Below are positions 27,318 through 32,000 of a stretch of 32,000 nt of DNA, piece after piece. Origin of the DNA: Halalkalibacterium halodurans (lineage in GTDB: Bacteria; Bacillota; Bacilli; Bacillales; Bacillaceae_D); contig NZ_SNUY01000025.1 of the NCBI RefSeq assembly GCF_004376175.1, positions 1 to 32,000 on the forward strand. The letters run 5' to 3'. Every line of letters starts with the position of its first letter. Positions within the stretch are counted from its first letter, which is position 1. The notes below the pieces were generated by a model, which was not told the DNA's origin, did not search any database, and saw nothing but the letters and a program-made list of their open reading frames with translations. The position numbers and the translations under genes were made by a program.

Positions 27318-27680
27318 TTACGGGTTAGTCACGCGAACCCCTTGAACAAAAATGTTCACCGAATCCACATCTATCCCTAACATGGTTTCAAGTTGATACT
27401 TGACTTTCGTCTGTACATTGTAGGCCACCTCAGAAATTTTTGTTCCGTAGCTGACAATGATGTACATATCGATATGTATTTCGTCCTCTTCTTCGCGAAT
27501 GACGACCCCACGACGAAAATTTTCCCGCCCAAGTAATTCAGATAAGCCGTCTTTTATTTGCTTCTGTGATGCCATTCCAACGATTCCGTAACAATCGACG
27601 GCAGCGCCCCCAGCAATGGTAGCAACGACGTCTTTTGACACATCAACGGTTCCCAATTGGGTTTTCATTTCAATGGACAT
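27318..27680 (-). CDS. yloU: Asp23/Gls24 family envelope stress protein
   Basis: 120 aa, GTVDVSKDVVATIAGGAAVDCYGIVGM, a typical Asp23-family N-terminus. Confidence 0.9.
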   Translation of the reverse strand: MSIEMKTQLGTVDVSKDVVATIAGGAAVDCYGIVGMASQKQIKDGLSELLGRENFRRGVVIREEEDEIHIDMYIIVSYGTKISEVAYNVQTKVKYQLETMLGIDVDSVNIFVQGVRVTNP

Positions 27681-27866
27681 ACGTGCATCCTCCTTCTTTC
27701 CCTTAAGATCATGAACAGCTTAGCAACGCGAAAGCAAATGCGTTTTAACGTCATTTTACTATACTCTTATCGTTTTTGAAAGCGGGCAAACGAACGGTTC
27801 GCTTAAATCCATCCATTTCAGCACTACTGTCAAGGAAGAAACCTTGATAAAGTTACGTGGAAACTA

Positions 27867-27895
27867 TTGCTTTTCTGAAATGCCTGTGCTACTAT
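27867..27895 (+). promoter_or_regulatory. sigma-A-type promoter of rpmB
   Basis: TTGCTT (27867-27872), 17-nt spacer ending in TGc (extended -10), then TACTAT (27890-27895). The 5' UTR contains the hairpin GATGAT-aatg-ATCATC. Confidence 0.5.
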
Positions 27896-27953
27896 AGTCG
27901 AGTATGATTTTGGATGATAATGATCATCGTTTCGGTATAAGGAGGTGCACATC

Positions 27954-28142
27954 ATGGCACGTAAATGCTACATTACAGGACGTCAAGCAAAAAGTGGTAA
28001 CAAACGTTCTCACGCAATGAACAAAACGAAGCGCCGCTGGGGAGCGAACGTGCAAAAGGTTCGTATTCTTGTGGACGGGAAACCTAAGCGTGTCTACGTT
28101 TCTGCACGCGCGTTAAAATCCGGTAAAGTTGAGCGCGTATAA
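27954..28142 (+). CDS. rpmB: 50S ribosomal protein L28
   Basis: [62 protein letters not shown], 62 aa. ATG 27954 lies 6 nt after AAGGAGGTG. Confidence 0.97.
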   Translation: MARKCYITGRQAKSGNKRSHAMNKTKRRWGANVQKVRILVDGKPKRVYVSARALKSGKVERV

Positions 28143-28153
28143 TAAGTATGGCT

Positions 28154-28190
28154 AAAAACACCTCTTTCCCATGAGGTGTTTTTTGTTTTT
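28154..28190 (+). terminator. rho-independent terminator of rpmB (A-run upstream makes it potentially bidirectional)
   Basis: ACACCTC (28158-28164) / GAGGTGT (28173-28179), 8-nt loop, then TTTTTGTTTTTT. AAAAA lies 5' of the stem. Confidence 0.8.
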
Positions 28191-28263
28191 TAAATCTGTT
28201 GAAGGCGTGGAGACGGAGGCGTAACAATGCCCCCGTCCTTCGTTCCTTAAGGCTCACCCGCAT

Positions 28264-28292
28264 GAGAAAAAGCACCGTACCGTGACGATGCT
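28264..28292 (-). terminator. rho-independent terminator of spoVM
   Basis: Minus strand AGCATCG (28292-28286) / CGGTGCT (28277-28271), 7 bp with one G-U pair, 8-nt loop, then TTTTTCTC. Confidence 0.5.
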
Positions 28293-28295
28293 TCC

Positions 28296-28376
28296 TCACC
28301 CCTTTTTAAACGAATTTAACACAGCCCGTACGACCCCGCCAAGGAATTTCGGCAACTTAATCGTATAAAATTTCAT
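28296..28376 (-). CDS. spoVM: stage V sporulation protein M (26-aa membrane-curvature-sensing peptide)
   Basis: Not in the ORF track because it is too short. Minus strand ATG 28376-28374, preceded by GAGGAGGAGGAAC, encodes MKFYTIKLPKFLGGVVRAVLNSFKKG*. Compare B. subtilis SpoVM MKFYTIKLPKFLGGIVRAMLGSFRKD. Syntenic next to rpmB. Confidence 0.85.
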   Translation of the reverse strand: MKFYTIKLPKFLGGVVRAVLNSFKKG

Positions 28377-28757
28377 AGTTCCTCCTCCTCACATGAATGC
28401 GCGTAGGCAAGGGGTTGTGCCCCCTCTTTTTTAAGATCGAAAGGTTATGGTTACTTGAAAACAACAGAAAATAAATCCTTCTCTTTTACTACTATATCCA
28501 AACCCCTCGATCTATTCCTTTTTTTTTCACCGTCCTTGCTCTTGTCTTCCTGTCTCTATCATATGCACCAATGCTTTGTTTATGTTCCTTTACTGAAAGA
28601 AATCCAATCTAGTGAACGAAAGAGGATGAACATTTCGCTTCGAACGGTTGTGTTGACCCTAAGTGATTGCGAGCTTTTAAAACGCAACAGTGCCGTTTGT
28701 CCTTAGAGCTAACTCTCGTACGAACTTTACTAACAAAATTTTATAATATCTTAATAT

Positions 28758-28786
28758 GCAAAAACGACAGCTTGTTTAGCTGCCGT
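28758..28786 (-). terminator. rho-independent terminator of rpe
   Basis: Minus strand ACGGCAGC (28786-28779) / GCTGTCGT (28771-28764), 8 bp with one G-U pair, 7-nt loop, then TTTTTGC. Confidence 0.65.
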
Positions 28787-28791
28787 TCTCC

Positions 28792-29442
28792 TCAAATACT
28801 ACCTCTAATTCGCTTAATCGCTGCTGCCCGATCTTCCTCATTAAAAACAGCCGAACCTGCCACTAACACATTCGCCCCCGCCTCCACGCACTGTTTCGCC
28901 GTTTCTTCGTTTACACCACCGTCTACTTCAATCTCAAAGGTTAGCCCCTGCTCTTTTTTTAGAGAAGCTAATTCTTTTAATTTTGGTAGGACAGAAGGGA
29001 TGAACCGTTGCCCGCCAAATCCAGGATTGACCGTCATGAACAACACCATATCCACATCTGATAGCACATGCTGAATCGAGGAGACAGGTGTCGCTGGATT
29101 TAAGACAACACCCGCTTTTACGCCGCTTTCCTTAATGAGATGAAGCGTTCGATGCAAATGGGGACAAGCCTCCACGTGAACCGTGATGATATCTGCCCCT
29201 GCTTTCGCGAAGGCAGGAATGTATCCGTCAGGCTGCTCAATCATTAGATGGACATCCAGAGGTAGGGTCGTTACTGGTCGAATCGCATCGACTATTAATG
29301 GACCGATCGTAATATTCGGAACGAAATGACCGTCCATTACGTCTACATGAATGTAATCCGCCCCTCCTCGCTCCACATCTTGAATCTCATTTCCTAAGTT
29401 GGCGAAGTCTGCTGATAAAATCGATGGAGCTATTTTAATCAT
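28792..29442 (-). CDS. rpe: ribulose-phosphate 3-epimerase
   Basis: 216 aa, [36 protein letters not shown]. Confidence 0.96.
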   Translation of the reverse strand: MIKIAPSILSADFANLGNEIQDVERGGADYIHVDVMDGHFVPNITIGPLIVDAIRPVTTLPLDVHLMIEQPDGYIPAFAKAGADIITVHVEACPHLHRTLHLIKESGVKAGVVLNPATPVSSIQHVLSDVDMVLFMTVNPGFGGQRFIPSVLPKLKELASLKKEQGLTFEIEVDGGVNEETAKQCVEAGANVLVAGSAVFNEEDRAAAIKRIRGSI

Positions 29443-29447
29443 CGTGG

Positions 29448-30332
29448 TTAGAACCTCCGTTTATGTTCGGTTTTTACTTCTTCTAAAAATGTCACATAAT
29501 GCTCGTAGCGAAATTCGCGTATTTCACCTTGAGCTAACGCTTCTTTTACCGCACATTTCGGTTCTTGCGTATGGGTGCAGCCGCGAAATTTACATGACGG
29601 GAGGCGGTCTCTCATTTCAGGAAAATAGTGGGACAGCTCTTCCGGTTCCATATCAATAAAATCAAGGGAGCTAAACCCTGGTGTATCTGCTACGAGACCC
29701 GACCCGAATGGAATAAGCTCCACATGGCGCGTCGTATGCTTTCCTCTTCCTAGGTGGGAAGAGATTTGATTCGTTTCAATATCCAAAGCTGGGTTTATGG
29801 CGTTTAGAAGCGAGGACTTCCCTACACCTGATTGTCCTGCAATGACGGACACATGATCGTCAAACGCTTTTCGGATAGCGTCTAGCCCGAGTTGTTCAAT
29901 CGTGGACGTCAAATACACTTTATACCCAAGCTGTTCATAATCATTTCGATACTGCTTGATCGTCTCTAATTCTTCTTCGGTCAACAGATCGATCTTGCTT
30001 ATCACGATCAACGGTTCAATTCCGTTCGCTTCCACATGGACAAGAAAACGGTCTAACAGCAAGGGCGAGAATGTCGGTTCTGCTGCAGAAAAGACGAGTA
30101 TGGCTCGGTCGACATTGGCAATGGGGGGTCTGATCAATTCATTTTTTCGTTCCATTATCTCTAGAACGTAGCCATCCGTTTTGTTTTCTGCTTCGAATAC
30201 TACCTCATCCCCCACTAACGGCTTAATGTTTCGATTACGAAAGTTTCCACGCCCTCGACATTGAAACAGACCATCTTCATTTTGGACGTAATAAAACCCG
30301 CTTAATGCTTTAACAATCGTTCCTTTAGGCAT
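29448..30332 (-). CDS. rsgA: ribosome small subunit-dependent GTPase A (RsgA/CpgA/YloQ)
   Basis: [16 protein letters not shown] (OB fold), a circularly permuted GTPase ([23 protein letters not shown]) and a zinc-finger motif ([14 protein letters not shown]). ATG 30332 lies 5 nt after AGGAGG. The track ORF adds 10 unsupported residues. Confidence 0.93.
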   Translation of the reverse strand: MPKGTIVKALSGFYYVQNEDGLFQCRGRGNFRNRNIKPLVGDEVVFEAENKTDGYVLEIMERKNELIRPPIANVDRAILVFSAAEPTFSPLLLDRFLVHVEANGIEPLIVISKIDLLTEEELETIKQYRNDYEQLGYKVYLTSTIEQLGLDAIRKAFDDHVSVIAGQSGVGKSSLLNAINPALDIETNQISSHLGRGKHTTRHVELIPFGSGLVADTPGFSSLDFIDMEPEELSHYFPEMRDRLPSCKFRGCTHTQEPKCAVKEALAQGEIREFRYEHYVTFLEEVKTEHKRRF

Positions 30333-30366
30333 GCAAGCCTCCTTGTCTCTCGTTTTTACCATTCTT

Positions 30367-30395
30367 ATTGTAGCGAAAAAAGAGCTGAATGTGAA
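30367..30395 (-). promoter_or_regulatory. sigma-A-type promoter of rsgA-rpe
   Basis: Minus strand TTCACA (30395-30390), 17-nt spacer, TACAAT (30372-30367). Confidence 0.45.
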
Positions 30396-30437
30396 TGTCT
30401 AATCCCTGCATGCACTTAGACGGTTTTCACAGTAGCA

Positions 30438-30470
30438 AGAAAAAAGAGCTTAACCGATCGGCTAAGCTCT
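30438..30470 (-). terminator. rho-independent terminator after prkC
   Basis: Minus strand AGAGCTTA (30470-30463) / TAAGCTCT (30452-30445), with inner CCGATCGG pairing, then TTTTTTC (30444-30438). Confidence 0.7.
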
Positions 30471-30478
30471 AGTATCAA

Positions 30479-32000
30479 TCAATAGGTATACTCTCTCGAT
30501 GATTTGACGAATTCACCGTTAATGTAAAGGTCAAACGACCCAGGTTGATCCGCGCTCGCTTCTAATGGAATTTGATATGTTTTCGTTTCACTGATTGTCT
30601 CATCTATAAACACTCGATCTTGCCCACCTGTCGTTGCGTCACGGTAGACGATACGAACTTGCACTTCTTGTGATGCCTCAATCGGTTGGTTTACCAGATG
30701 AGAGCGGGTTTGCGGCTGCTGCGGTTGCTGCGGCTGTTCTTGCTGACCGCCTCCCTGATCCGTTTGTGGTTCAGGTCCCCGTGAAACCACAATGGTAACG
30801 TCATCCCCCTTACTTACCGTCGCCCCGCTCGCTGGCGAATGAGAGATGACCCGCCCCTCGGCGACAGAACTGGAATAGTCATAGGAAAAACGTGTGCGAA
30901 GACCGTTTTCCTGTAAATACCCATGAGCCTCATTCTCGGTCATTCCTTGCATATTTTCCAAGACAATGTCGCTCGTTGCACTATAGATCAGGGTAACGGT
31001 TGTTTCTTCAGGGACAACCGACTCACCAGCTTCTGGCGTTTGCTCAATGACGATGCCTGGTGAAACATCATTCGTTTCCCGCTCTTCTAACCGGACATCG
31101 GCAAAATCATTTAATAAACGCTGAGCTTCTTCAATCGTTCTGCCTGTGACATCAATCATCTGCCCTTCCTCAGGGCCCGTGCTTACGAATAATCGAACGG
31201 TCGATCCTTGTTTGACGACAGAGCCTGGTCGTGGATGTTGACTGACGACTTCTTCTGCAGGAGCATCGTCCTCCACATCTTCTCGCTCCACTTCCAAACC
31301 TAGGCTTCTCAGTTCTGCTTCAGCCTCTTCAAACGAACTCTCTCGAACATCCGGAACGTCCACATCATCTACTTGGAACCAGCTCGGCATTAAGGCAAGT
31401 GCTGTAACACCCGTCCCAATTAGCAGGAAGAGAACGATCAAGACCGCCCACAACCATTTCCGTCTTTTCTTTTTCGGCTTCTTTACTTCCTCTTCTGCTG
31501 CAGGTGCCTTCGGTTCCTCGACCTTTTTGATCGGAGGAGCTTCCATTGTCTTTTCGAAATCCTCTTGCTCTAACTGCTCGTCTTTTATAATGGGGATCGC
31601 CTTTGTTGCTTCCTCGTCATCCTCTTTCTGATCATAAGGACGCTCATTCACTCTAGCAGGATCGAGGGCAGTTGATAAATCCTCGTCCATCTCCGAGACA
31701 GTTCCGTACCGGTAAAACGGATCTTTCGCTGTCGCTTTTACAATCACGTTTTCAATGCTTTGCGGCAAAGATGGCTGAATTTCTTTCGGCGACGGAATGT
31801 CATTTTGCAAATGCTTTAAGGCAATCGAGACGGCTGTGTCACCTGAAAACGGCAGTTGACCCGTTACCATTTCAAACAGCACAATTCCGAGTGAGTAAAT
31901 ATCGGACTTAAATGTAACAAGGCCGCCTCGTGCTTGTTCTGGTGATAAGTAATGGACGGAACCCATCACCGAGTTTGTATGGGTAATCGTCGCAGATGAC
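30479..32000 (-). CDS. prkC: Ser/Thr protein kinase PrkC (PASTA-domain sensor kinase); N-terminal part of the kinase domain lies beyond the window
   Basis: The frame is open to the window edge. It contains kinase subdomains VIII-XI (GSVHYLSPEQARGG, DIYSLGIVLFEMVTGQLPF), a TM segment (WLWAVLIVLFLLIGTGVTALAL), three PASTA-like repeats and a C-terminal beta-rich domain. Confidence 0.93.
   Translation of the reverse strand, partial: SSATITHTNSVMGSVHYLSPEQARGGLVTFKSDIYSLGIVLFEMVTGQLPFSGDTAVSIALKHLQNDIPSPKEIQPSLPQSIENVIVKATAKDPFYRYGTVSEMDEDLSTALDPARVNERPYDQKEDDEEATKAIPIIKDEQLEQEDFEKTMEAPPIKKVEEPKAPAAEEEVKKPKKKRRKWLWAVLIVLFLLIGTGVTALALMPSWFQVDDVDVPDVRESSFEEAEAELRSLGLEVEREDVEDDAPAEEVVSQHPRPGSVVKQGSTVRLFVSTGPEEGQMIDVTGRTIEEAQRLLNDFADVRLEERETNDVSPGIVIEQTPEAGESVVPEETTVTLIYSATSDIVLENMQGMTENEAHGYLQENGLRTRFSYDYSSSVAEGRVISHSPASGATVSKGDDVTIVVSRGPEPQTDQGGGQQEQPQQPQQPQTRSHLVNQPIEASQEVQVRIVYRDATTGGQDRVFIDETISETKTYQIPLEASADQPGSFDLYINGEFVKSSREYTY

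Noticed and set aside
28455-29074. Plus-strand ORFs 28455-28706 (83 aa) and 28667-29074 (135 aa).
   Set aside because: The second is antisense to rpe. The first has no RBS, begins in a poly-T/CT-rich tract and has no recognisable family.
1-32000. Search for CRISPR arrays, rRNA or tRNA genes, integron attC sites, phage or defence-island gene content.
   Set aside because: I found no regularly spaced direct repeats, no rRNA or tRNA signatures and no defence-type genes. Apart from the two IS-related segments, the window is housekeeping core genome.

Overview
This 32 kb window is a conserved Bacillaceae core-genome segment. Almost all genes are on the minus strand. It is syntenic, in reverse complement, with the B. 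subtilis 168 region prkC-cpgA(rsgA)-rpe-[thiN]-spoVM-rpmB-yloU-yloV-sdaAB-sdaAA-recG-fapR-plsX-fabD-fabG-acpA-rnc-smc-ftsY-ylxM-ffh-rpsP-ylqC-ylqD-rimM-trmD-rplS-ylqF(rbgA)-rnhB-ylqG-ylqH. spoVM marks an endospore former. I saw no rRNA, tRNA or CRISPR array. Departures from the canonical layout: (1) an IS110-family recombinase gene (4964-6247) sits between rplS and rbgA, inside a spacer inflated to 2.6 kb with about 1.3 kb of structured or AT-rich non-coding DNA; (2) the 3' end of a second DDE transposase lies at the left edge, where sucCD would be expected after ylqH; (3) a small DUF1128/YfkK-like gene on the plus strand lies between smc and rnc, followed by a structured tail and a strong terminator; (4) thiN is absent between rpe and spoVM. 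I do not see a convincing new multi-gene system. The most interesting material is the non-coding DNA around the IS110 recombinase: a promoter-driven leader of about 325 nt that could be a bridge/seek RNA, and a 96-nt near-perfect hairpin just 3' of the recombinase. The translationally coupled FliK-like/FlhB-C-like pair ylqG-ylqH is also notable. Product calls rest on my recognition of conserved motifs and synteny. Start codons were refined by reading RBS context. Promoters and terminators are hexamer or hairpin readings by eye, not computed.
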